From an uncultured Deinococcales bacterium (GTDB lineage Bacteria; Deinococcota; Deinococci; Deinococcales; JAAFIG01): 15,190 nucleotides of DNA. The stretch's first letter is position 1. The number at the start of each line of letters is the position of its first letter. The DNA lies in contig CAXTKV010000131.1 of NCBI GenBank assembly GCA_964244895.1, positions 1 to 15,190 of the forward strand, read 5' to 3'. A program made the translations under genes and the position numbers. Positions 8,190 to 15,190 of the stretch are shown piece after piece. The notes beneath the pieces were generated by a model. The model was not told the origin of the DNA, did not search any database, and was given only the letters and a program-made list of their open reading frames with translations.

Positions 8190-9131
8190 TCAACCCTTGG
8201 AAATCGCGTTCGGTAAAACGTCCGTCTCGAGGTTCAGCCAGGCCAGCTCGCCCTTGCTCAGTTCGATCTCCAGGGCGCGGAACGAACTCTGGGTTTCAGC
8301 CACGCTGCGCGGCCCGATCAACGGCAGCGTCGTGAACGGCTGGTGCAGCACGTAGGCCAGCGCGATGTTGATCGTCTCGACTTTTTGGGCTTTCGCCAGG
8401 GCTTTGGCGCGCTCCAGCCGCAGGAAGTTGTCCGGGCTGTACCAGCAACGCACCAGTTCCTCGTTGCTGGTGTCGTTCGGGTCGCCGAGCACGAAGAAAC
8501 CGCGCGCCTGCGATGACCACGGCATCAGCGCGATGCCGTTCTGCTCGAGCCATACCCTGGATTCCGCGTCGTTGCTGGAAATGCAGCCCGCCCAGACGGG
8601 ATCGATCATGCGCGCCAGACTGAACTGATTGGAGACCGCCGTGAACCCGCGCAAACCCTTCGAGGCGGCGTAGGCGTTGGCCTCGGTGGCTCGCGCGACC
8701 GACCAGTTGGAACCGCCGAAGGCGTGAATCCGACCGAGCGCGTGCTGTTCGTTCAGCGCATCCACGAACTCGCCGACGGGCACGTCCGGGTTGTCGCGGT
8801 GCATCATGTAGACATCCACGAAATCCGTCTGCAAGCGCGAAAGGCTGATCTCGAGCTGCTGCCCGATGGCTTCCGGCGTGCAGTTGGGCGTGTGCGCACC
8901 CTTGCCCAGAATCACCACGGAATCGCGGTCGCCGCGCTCCTGAAGGTACTGCCCCAGCAGCACCTCGCACGCGCCGGATTTGTAGGTGTAAGCCGTGTCG
9001 AAGGCGTTGCCGCCGCGCGCCAGGAAGTCGTCCAGCAAGGGTCTGGACGCCTCGAGATCGGTCTGGTTGTCCATGCCCAGCACCAGCCTGGAGACGGGTT
9101 TGCCGAGGCCGGAAGTGGTCGCGAATTTCAT
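8190..9131 (-). CDS. Aldo/keto reductase
   Basis: FDTAYTY (Asp/Tyr), LGKGAH (Lys), SLSRLQTDFVDVYMMHRD (His), GGSNW, SNQFSLA, PWSSQARG, PLIGPRS. Confidence 0.93.
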   Translation of the reverse strand: MKFATTSGLGKPVSRLVLGMDNQTDLEASRPLLDDFLARGGNAFDTAYTYKSGACEVLLGQYLQERGDRDSVVILGKGAHTPNCTPEAIGQQLEISLSRLQTDFVDVYMMHRDNPDVPVGEFVDALNEQHALGRIHAFGGSNWSVARATEANAYAASKGLRGFTAVSNQFSLARMIDPVWAGCISSNDAESRVWLEQNGIALMPWSSQARGFFVLGDPNDTSNEELVRCWYSPDNFLRLERAKALAKAQKVETINIALAYVLHQPFTTLPLIGPRSVAETQSSFRALEIELSKGELAWLNLETDVLPNAISKG

Positions 9132-9137
9132 GATCTG

Positions 9138-9143
9138 AGCCTA
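9138..9143 (-). promoter_or_regulatory. Putative -10 box (TAGGCT) of a leaderless promoter for the aldo/keto reductase
   Basis: On the minus strand TAGGCT-cagatc-ATG (6-nt spacer); no SD. Confidence 0.55.
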
Positions 9144-9167
9144 CCAGATCGAGCGGTTCCGAAACGA

Positions 9168-9212
9168 GAACACCGTCCAGCACGGGGTTTGTAATACGCG
9201 TGCTGGACGGTG
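9168..9212. repeat. Paired-palindrome intergenic repeat, copy F (centres 9179/9204, 25 bp apart)
   Basis: CACCGTCCAGCACG ... CGTGCTGGACGGTG perfect 14-bp inverted repeat with AT-rich linker. Confidence 0.9.
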
Positions 9213-9351
9213 GGGAGCCTGTTGGAGAAGGTGAAAGGGAAAAGCGCGAAGTGAAGGTTAGGCGATCACGATGCGAGTCGACTCGAGCGCGCGCTGATTC
9301 GTGATCTTCGTGTGACTTGCGGGCGTTTCTCGAGACTTCATCAACTCGCGC

Positions 9352-10509
9352 TCAAACGAGGATCGGATCGTGGATTCGGCCTTCGATGCCGCTCAGGAAT
9401 CCGCCCATAAATCCGCGCCTGACCGCGATCAGTTCCGTCATGATCGAGAGCGCCACCTCGTCGGGACTTTCCGCGCCGATGGCCAGCCCGACGGGTGCCC
9501 TGGATTTCTCGAGCTGAGCGGCGGTGGGTTTGAAACCCTCTTCGGCCAGCGCGTCCAAGAGTTTGTGAAAACGCTGCCTCGGCCCCAGCACGCCGACGTA
9601 GGGGGATGGGGATTCCAGCGCGAAGCGCAGGCTTTCCCGGTCGCGCTCGAGGTGGTGGTTCATGATCATCACGAATGATCTCGGGCCGATCTCGAGGCTT
9701 TTTGCGAACTCCTCGAAGTGCGCGGCCACCAGTTTCGCGTCCGGGAAACGGCCTTGCGTCAGGAAGGCCTCGCGCACGTCCACCACGCTCACGCGCCAGC
9801 CCAGGTCGCGGGCGCGCTGGTTGAGCGGCATCGCATCGTGACCCGCGCCGAAAATCACCAGTTCGGGCGGCGGCGCGCTGGCGTCCAGGAACACGTCCAC
9901 CCGCGAACCATCGGGCAGTTTGAACGTCTGGGTTTCGGCTCGCGGGTAGAGCGCACCCATCATTTCGTGCGCCACCTCGAGCACCTGCCGTTCCAGACCG
10001 GCGGGTTCCAGCCATCCGCGCGTCTCGGATTCGGTGATCATCATGCGACCGCTTGTACTTCTTGCTTGTAAGACAGCACCTGCCGGGCCACTCGCGCCAC
10101 CCGATCTGTCCTCCAGCACGGTCGCCAGCACGCCGACCTCTGCGCGTTCCAGCACGCCCAACCACGCGTCCATGACGGGATCAGATTCCAACTTTTCGAT
10201 GCGAATGTCCACGCTGCCGCCGCAGCCGATGCCCAGACCCCAGACGACATCTTCTTCCAGGTCGTAGGCGGTCACGATTGGCGCACCGCTCTGGATTACG
10301 CCCTTGGCGACCTCGACGACTTCGGGTTCCAGGCAACCGCCCGAGAGCATGCAGGTCATCGCGCCATCGTCGCGCACCAGCATCTTCGCGCCCTCGCGTC
10401 GGTAGGCGCTGCCCTTGACGCGCACCACCGTCGCCAGGGCGATGCCCTGCGCGTGCATTCGTGCATCCTTGATCGAGGCCAGAATATCCTCGGTTTCGCG
10501 GCGTTCCAT
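9352..10509 (-). CDS. xdhC: XdhC/CoxI family molybdenum-cofactor maturation factor
   Basis: LATVVRVKGSAYRREGAKM, LSGGCLE, WGLGIGCGG, LVIFGAGHDA, MNHHLERD, YVGVLGPR, APVGLAIGAESPDEVALSI; GGAGG RBS and a TAGACT -10-like box (10531-10536) upstream. Confidence 0.93.
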   Translation of the reverse strand: MERRETEDILASIKDARMHAQGIALATVVRVKGSAYRREGAKMLVRDDGAMTCMLSGGCLEPEVVEVAKGVIQSGAPIVTAYDLEEDVVWGLGIGCGGSVDIRIEKLESDPVMDAWLGVLERAEVGVLATVLEDRSGGASGPAGAVLQARSTSGRMMITESETRGWLEPAGLERQVLEVAHEMMGALYPRAETQTFKLPDGSRVDVFLDASAPPPELVIFGAGHDAMPLNQRARDLGWRVSVVDVREAFLTQGRFPDAKLVAAHFEEFAKSLEIGPRSFVMIMNHHLERDRESLRFALESPSPYVGVLGPRQRFHKLLDALAEEGFKPTAAQLEKSRAPVGLAIGAESPDEVALSIMTELIAVRRGFMGGFLSGIEGRIHDPILV

Positions 10510-10865
10510 GAAAGCCTCCGGTTCACCGTCAGTCTAATCCCGCGGCTCGAGCCAGATTCGTGAGTTGCGCTCGAAAGCCCACCGTGCACGTCCGAGGGTC
10601 GAGTCCCGGAACCGACGTACGTTCAGACCACGGGTGACAGATGACCTTGCATCTTCAGCACGCACGCGGCTTAGAATGCGACACGTTCTACAACCCAGAC
10701 GGGCGCACCGACTTTTTCAAAGCTCGATGGACCGCCTCGTTCCTCGAGCCGCCTCGCTTGAGTCCACGGCTCACCGATTCACCCGCGCGAGGTCGCCCAT
10801 GAACACGAGCTAGACGCCATGTCGAACCCTCGCCAGAGTCTTCAACCCCATCAGGAGGTGTGTTC

Positions 10866-11366
10866 ATGTCCGTAGTCCCCATCACCATCACCGTCAACGG
10901 CGCGACCGAAACGCATCACGTCGAGCCGCGCACCCTGTTGGTGCACTACTTGCGTGACAAACTCGGTCTGACCGGCACGCACGTCGGTTGCGATACCAGC
11001 CAGTGCGGAGCCTGCACGGTTCACCTGGACGGCGTGGCCGTCAAATCCTGCACGGTTTTCGCCGTTCAGGCCGAAGGCATGAAGGTCACGACCATCGAGG
11101 GCATGGGCGAAACTGGCCACCTGCACCCCTTGCAGCAGGGCTTCTGGGAGGAGCACGGCCTTCAGTGCGGCTACTGCACGCCCGGCATGATCATGTCCTC
11201 CGCGGACTTGTTGTCCCGCAACCCGAACCCGTCTGAAACCGAGATCCGTCACGCCCTGGAAGGCAACTTCTGCCGTTGCACCGGCTACCACAACATCGTC
11301 AAGGCTGTGCAGCACGCGGCGGGCGCGATGGCGAACGCTACGGTCGCGGCGGCGGCAGACGATTGA
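10866..11366 (+). CDS. coxS: Molybdenum hydroxylase small (2Fe-2S) subunit, CoxS/CutS family
   Basis: [12 protein letters not shown]...KSC and QCGYCTPG...CRCTGY cluster ligands; AGGAGGTG RBS favours ATG 10866 over GTG 10860. Confidence 0.95.
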   Translation: MSVVPITITVNGATETHHVEPRTLLVHYLRDKLGLTGTHVGCDTSQCGACTVHLDGVAVKSCTVFAVQAEGMKVTTIEGMGETGHLHPLQQGFWEEHGLQCGYCTPGMIMSSADLLSRNPNPSETEIRHALEGNFCRCTGYHNIVKAVQHAAGAMANATVAAAADD

Positions 11367-11418
11367 ATTGTTCACGGGTCGCGGGTCACGAGTCGCGAGC
11401 GACCATCTCGAGGCGCAA

Positions 11419-11485
11419 TCAGGAACACCGTCCTACACGCATGTTCTCGAGACTCAAAAACGGTGTCCCAGACGGTGTCTCCTGA
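11419..11485. repeat. Paired-palindrome intergenic repeat, copy G (centres 11434/11469, 35 bp apart)
   Basis: TCAGGAACACCGTC ... TCTCGAGA ... GACGGTGTCTCCTGA. Confidence 0.85.
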
Positions 11486-11545
11486 AACCCAGCCGCCTCA
11501 GTTCCTGCTCTGACCCGTGACCCCTGACCACCTGGAGGTTCCACC

Positions 11546-13912
11546 ATGACCGAGAAATTCTTTGGCAAAGCCATGAAGCGCGTCGAAGATCCGCGTTTCA
11601 TCACCGGGGCGGGCAACTACACCGACGACATGCAGGTGCTGGGCATGGTTCACGCCGCGATGGTGCGCTCGCCGTACGCGCACGCGAAAATCAAGAGCAT
11701 CGACTCGAGCGCGGCGCTGGCGCTTCCCGGCGTGCTGGCCGTGCTGACGGGCAAGGACTTGACGGGTGCGGGCATCAACCCGATCCCGACGGGCTGGTTG
11801 CTGCCCGACCTGAAGATTTCCGCCCATCACGCCATCCAGCCCGAGGAAGTCAACCACGTCGGCGATATCGTGGCCGCCGTGATCGCGGAATCGAAAGCCC
11901 TGGCGGAGGACGCCGCCGCGCTGGTCAACGTCGAATACGAAGCGCTGGAGACGGTCACGCTGGGCAGCGCCGCACTCGCGGCGGGCGCGGTGCAGGTGCA
12001 CCCGGAAGCGCCCGGCAACCTGGCCTTCGACTGGGAGATCGGCGACAAGGCCGCCACGGACGCGCAATTCGCGGCAGCGCACAAGACGGTTCGGTTGGAG
12101 CTTCGCAACCACCGCCTGGTGCCGAACGCGATCGAACCCCGCGCCAGCCTGGCGGAGTACAAACGCGCCAGCGAAGAGTACACGCTTCACACCACCAGCC
12201 AGAACCCGCACATTCACCGCGTGATGCTGGGCGCGTTCATCATGGGCATCCCGGAACACAAACTGCGGATCGTCAGCCCGGACGTGGGAGGCGGTTTCGG
12301 CAGCAAGATCTTTCAGTACCCAGAAGAAGTGATCGTGCTGTTCGCCGCCAAGAGGCTCAACAAGCCCGTCAAGTGGACGGCCACGCGCTCCGAGGCGTTC
12401 CTCTCGGATGCCCAGGGCCGCGATCACGAGACGGTGGCTGAGGCCGCCGTGGACGAGAACGGTAAAGTGCTGGCATTGCGGGTGGACACGATCGCCAACC
12501 TGGGCGCGTACCTGACGACCTTCGCGCCCGCCGTGCCGACCTACCTGTACGGCACGCTGATGAACGGCACGTACAAGTGGAAAGCCATCCACTGCCACGT
12601 GCGCGGCGCGTACACCAACACCGTCGGCGTGGACGCTTACCGCGGCGCTGGACGCCCCGAGGCGACCTACGTCCTGGAGCGCATCATGAGCGCGTTGGCG
12701 ATGGAACTGGGCGAAGACCCGGTCGAATTCCGCCGCAAGAACTTCATCCAGCCCGACGAATTCCCGTACCAGACGCCCGTGGCCTTGCAGTACGACAGCG
12801 GCAACTACGAACCCGCCATGGACATGGCGCTCGAGAAACTCGGCTACAAGGCCCTGCGCGCCAAGCAAGCGGAGCTCCGCAAGCAAGGCAAGTACATCGG
12901 CATCGGCGTCAGCACCTATCTCGAGGCGTGTGGCCTCGCGCCGAGCGCCCTGGTGGGTTCACTGGGTGCGCAGGCGGGCCAGTGGGAGAGCGCTCTGGTG
13001 CGCGTCGCTGCGACCGGCAAGGTCGAAGTGCTGAGCGGATCGCGCAGCCACGGCCAGGGCCACGAGACGGCTTTCGCGCAGGTGGTGGCCGACGAATTGC
13101 AGATTCCCGTCGAGGACATCAGCATCATTCAGGGCGACACCGCGCGCCTGCCGCACGGTTGGGGCAGCTACGGCAGCCGCAGCGCACCCGTCGGATTGAG
13201 CGCCATCACGTTGGCGTCCCGCAAGATCATCGACAAGGCCAAGAAGATTGCGGCACACCTCTTAGAAGCCTCCCCGGACGACATGGTTCACGAGAACGGC
13301 AAGTTCAGCGTCAAGGGCGTGCCGGAAAAGTCCAAGAGCTTCTTCGACGTGTCTCTGATGGCGCACCTGGCCCACAACTACCCCGCCGATCTCGAGCCGG
13401 GACTCGAGGCCACGCACTTCTACGACCCGAAGAACTTCGTGTACCCGTTCGGCACGCACCTGGCGGTCGTGGAAATTGACAGCGACACCGGCAAGGTCAA
13501 ACTGACCCGTTACGTCTGCGTGGACGATTGCGGCCCGATCATCAACCCGATGATCGCCGAAGGTCAGGTGCAGGGCGGCGTGGCCCAGGGCATGGGACAG
13601 GCGCTGCTGGAAAACACCGTCTACGACGAATCCGGCAACCTCTCGACCGGCTCGTACATGGATTACGCCATGCCGCGCGCCGACGACATGGTGCAACTCG
13701 AGATCGGTCACACGGTCACGCCCAGCCCGCACAATCCCTTGGGCGTCAAGGGCATCGGCGAGGCGGGCACAATCGCCAGCACCGCCGCCATCGCCAACGC
13801 CGTGGTCGACGCGCTTCAGCCGTTCGGCATCAACCACCTCGACATGCCCTACACCTCCGAGAAGGTCTGGCGCGTCATGAATCAGGGACTGCCGCAGGCC
13901 GCCGACGACTGA
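11546..13912 (+). CDS. coxL: Molybdopterin-binding large subunit, form II (CODH-like) CoxL / xanthine dehydrogenase family; substrate unknown
   Basis: RVEDPRFITG, PDVGGGFGSK, AYRGAGRPE, HGQGHET, GSRS, EGQVQGG, KGIGEAG; GGAGG RBS. Confidence 0.93.
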   Translation: MTEKFFGKAMKRVEDPRFITGAGNYTDDMQVLGMVHAAMVRSPYAHAKIKSIDSSAALALPGVLAVLTGKDLTGAGINPIPTGWLLPDLKISAHHAIQPEEVNHVGDIVAAVIAESKALAEDAAALVNVEYEALETVTLGSAALAAGAVQVHPEAPGNLAFDWEIGDKAATDAQFAAAHKTVRLELRNHRLVPNAIEPRASLAEYKRASEEYTLHTTSQNPHIHRVMLGAFIMGIPEHKLRIVSPDVGGGFGSKIFQYPEEVIVLFAAKRLNKPVKWTATRSEAFLSDAQGRDHETVAEAAVDENGKVLALRVDTIANLGAYLTTFAPAVPTYLYGTLMNGTYKWKAIHCHVRGAYTNTVGVDAYRGAGRPEATYVLERIMSALAMELGEDPVEFRRKNFIQPDEFPYQTPVALQYDSGNYEPAMDMALEKLGYKALRAKQAELRKQGKYIGIGVSTYLEACGLAPSALVGSLGAQAGQWESALVRVAATGKVEVLSGSRSHGQGHETAFAQVVADELQIPVEDISIIQGDTARLPHGWGSYGSRSAPVGLSAITLASRKIIDKAKKIAAHLLEASPDDMVHENGKFSVKGVPEKSKSFFDVSLMAHLAHNYPADLEPGLEATHFYDPKNFVYPFGTHLAVVEIDSDTGKVKLTRYVCVDDCGPIINPMIAEGQVQGGVAQGMGQALLENTVYDESGNLSTGSYMDYAMPRADDMVQLEIGHTVTPSPHNPLGVKGIGEAGTIASTAAIANAVVDALQPFGINHLDMPYTSEKVWRVMNQGLPQAADD

Positions 13913-13923
13913 GATCAATCTGG

Positions 13924-13980
13924 CTCGAGATGCCGTCCAGCACGCAAGAATAATATCGTGTCCTGAACGGTGCGCTCGAG
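13924..13980. repeat. Paired-palindrome intergenic repeat, copy H (centres 13939/13964, 25 bp apart)
   Basis: CTCGAGATGCCGTCC-A-GCACG ... GTGTCC-T-GAACGGTGCGCTCGAG; CTCGAG at both outer ends. Confidence 0.8.
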
Positions 13981-14004
13981 GTTCGACAGTTCTGGGAGGT
14001 TTTC

Positions 14005-14814
14005 ATGTACACGGCTGAATTCACGTACCACAAGGCCAACAGCGTCTCAGAGGCGCTCTCGATGATGGCCGCGAACCCGGACGCCAAACTGCTGGCGGGT
14101 GGGCACTCGCTGGTTCCGGCGATGAAGCTCAGGCTCTCGGCCCCAGCGGCGTTGATCGATGTCTCGAGGATTTCGGAGTTGAAGGGCATCCGCGCGGAGG
14201 GTGACACGGTCATCATCGGTGCGATGACTACGCACCGCGAGATCGAATTTTCCGATCTGCTGAAAAAGCACGTGCCGATCCTGGCGGAAGCCGCGTCCTA
14301 CATCGGTGACCCGATGGTCAGGAACCGCGGAACCATCGGTGGGTCGTTGGCGCACGCTGATCCAGCGGCGGATTACCCGGCCTCGATGCTGGCATTGGGC
14401 GCGAAACTGAAGATCGCTTCCGGCACCGGAACGCGCGTCGTGGACGCCGACCAGTTCTTTCTGGGGATGTACGAAACTGCCCTGCAACCCGGCGAGATGT
14501 TGGTTGAAATTCACGTCCCGGCCAACACCAAGGGTTCCGCCTACGAGAAATTCCCGCACCCCGCCTCGAGATACCCGGTGGCGGGCGTGGCGGTCGTGGT
14601 TCACAGCGATGGCACGCTGCGCGCCGCGCTGACCGGGGCCGGCGATCACGCCACGCACCTGAGCAAGCTCGAGTCGGAGGGCGCGTCGAGCGCCTGCCAG
14701 AAGCTCGTGCCATCATCAGAATTGATGGGCGATCACTTCGCCAGCGCCGATTACCGCGCGCACCTGGTGGACGTGATGGCCAAACGCGCGCTCTCGAGGG
14801 CGACGGGCGCGTAA
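14005..14814 (+). CDS. coxM: Molybdenum hydroxylase FAD-binding medium subunit, CoxM/CutM family
   Basis: LLAGGHSLVPAMKLRL, IGDPMVRNRGTIGGSLAHADPAAD, SADYRAHL; GGAGG RBS. Confidence 0.94.
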   Translation: MYTAEFTYHKANSVSEALSMMAANPDAKLLAGGHSLVPAMKLRLSAPAALIDVSRISELKGIRAEGDTVIIGAMTTHREIEFSDLLKKHVPILAEAASYIGDPMVRNRGTIGGSLAHADPAADYPASMLALGAKLKIASGTGTRVVDADQFFLGMYETALQPGEMLVEIHVPANTKGSAYEKFPHPASRYPVAGVAVVVHSDGTLRAALTGAGDHATHLSKLESEGASSACQKLVPSSELMGDHFASADYRAHLVDVMAKRALSRATGA

Positions 14815-14846
14815 ACCGAGCGAGACACCCCACAGACCGATTTTCA

Positions 14847-14912
14847 AAGAACACCGTCCCAGACGGTGTTCTTTTCGCGTCAAAGCGCATCGTCTTGGAC
14901 GGTGCGCTCGAG
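14847..14912. repeat. Paired-palindrome intergenic repeat, copy I (centres 14860/14896, 36 bp apart)
   Basis: AAGAACACCGTC-CCA-GACGGTGTTCTT hairpin followed by GCGCATCGTCT-T-GGACGGTGCGCTCGAG. Confidence 0.9.
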
Positions 14913-14950
14913 TGTGGCTGGCGTTCAGATGCGCCCCGCGCCGGAGGGAA

Positions 14951-14956
14951 TACACT
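14951..14956 (+). promoter_or_regulatory. Putative -10 box (TACACT) of a leaderless internal promoter for the MoxR gene
   Basis: TACACT-acaccc-ATG (6-nt spacer); the nearest GGAGG is 15 nt away, too far for a normal SD. Confidence 0.55.
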
Positions 14957-14962
14957 ACACCC

Positions 14963-15190
14963 ATGCGTCCACAATCCATTCCAGACACGCTCAAAGCCCT
15001 CGAGGCGCACCATTACGTCGCGGAGCGCAGCCTCGCCACCAGCGTGTTCCTGGCGCTCCGCTTGGGCAGACCGCTGTTCCTGGAAGGCGAACCCGGCGTC
15101 GGCAAAACCGAGATCGTGAAAGTCTTGGCCGACGTGCTGGAGACGCGCCTGATCCGCTTGCAATGCTACGAGGGGCTGGACGTTTCTTCC
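14963..15190 (+). CDS. coxD: MoxR-family AAA+ ATPase, CoxD-like (3'-truncated by window edge; absent from ORF track)
   Basis: Manual translation: MRPQSIPDTLKALEAHHYVAERSLATSVFLALRLGRPLFLEGEPGVGKTEIVKVLADVLETRLIRLQCYEGLDVSS; Walker A GEPGVGKT and the LIRLQCYEGLD CoxD signature. Confidence 0.92.
   Translation, partial: MRPQSIPDTLKALEAHHYVAERSLATSVFLALRLGRPLFLEGEPGVGKTEIVKVLADVLETRLIRLQCYEGLDVSS

Noticed and set aside
9264..9306. GATCACGA/TCGTGATC inverted repeat downstream of xdhC as a terminator
   Set aside because: Stem of 8 bp with a long loop and no adjacent U-tract; insufficient support.
10510..10865. Moco riboswitch upstream of xdhC/coxS
   Set aside because: Expected from context, but I cannot identify its conserved sequence or structure.
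11546..13912. True (form I) aerobic CO dehydrogenase
   Set aside because: Motif is AYRGAGR rather than AYxCSFR, and gene order is S-L-M.
1201..14912. Repeats as a CRISPR array
   Set aside because: Copies are degenerate, kilobases apart and separated by whole genes; no cas genes.
1201..14912. Repeats as integron attC sites of a cassette array
   Set aside because: No consistent RYYYAAC/GTTRRRY ends, genes on both strands, and copies sit inside a coherent coxSLMD operon.
280..15163. Long antisense or alternate-frame ORFs (e.g. 2432..3595, 4212..5294, 6694..7950, 11498..12886, 12577..13479)
   Set aside because: Shadows of well-supported genes in GC-rich DNA; no recognisable motifs.

Overview
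GC-rich bacterial chromosomal window, mostly metabolic. It holds: the 3' part of zwf, a HAD hydrolase and tal (pentose-phosphate cluster); a secreted PQQ-dependent aldose dehydrogenase; a flavin amine oxidase; an AT-richer Schlafen/AlbA_2-domain gene; a CCR4/nocturnin-like EEP phosphoesterase; an M29 aminopeptidase; an aldo/keto reductase; and a molybdoenzyme locus (xdhC divergent from form II coxS-coxL-coxM and a partial coxD/MoxR gene). The most striking unexplained structure is non-coding. Nine intergenic sites each carry a pair of ~23-bp imperfect palindromes (consensus GAACACCGTCC-N-GGACGGTGTTC). Their centres are always 25 or 35-36 bp apart, a difference of about one helical turn. They lie only downstream of gene 3' ends and not in the two divergent promoter regions. 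CTCGAG is strongly over-represented (~50 copies by manual count), and several genes appear leaderless; both hint at a Deinococcota host (inference).
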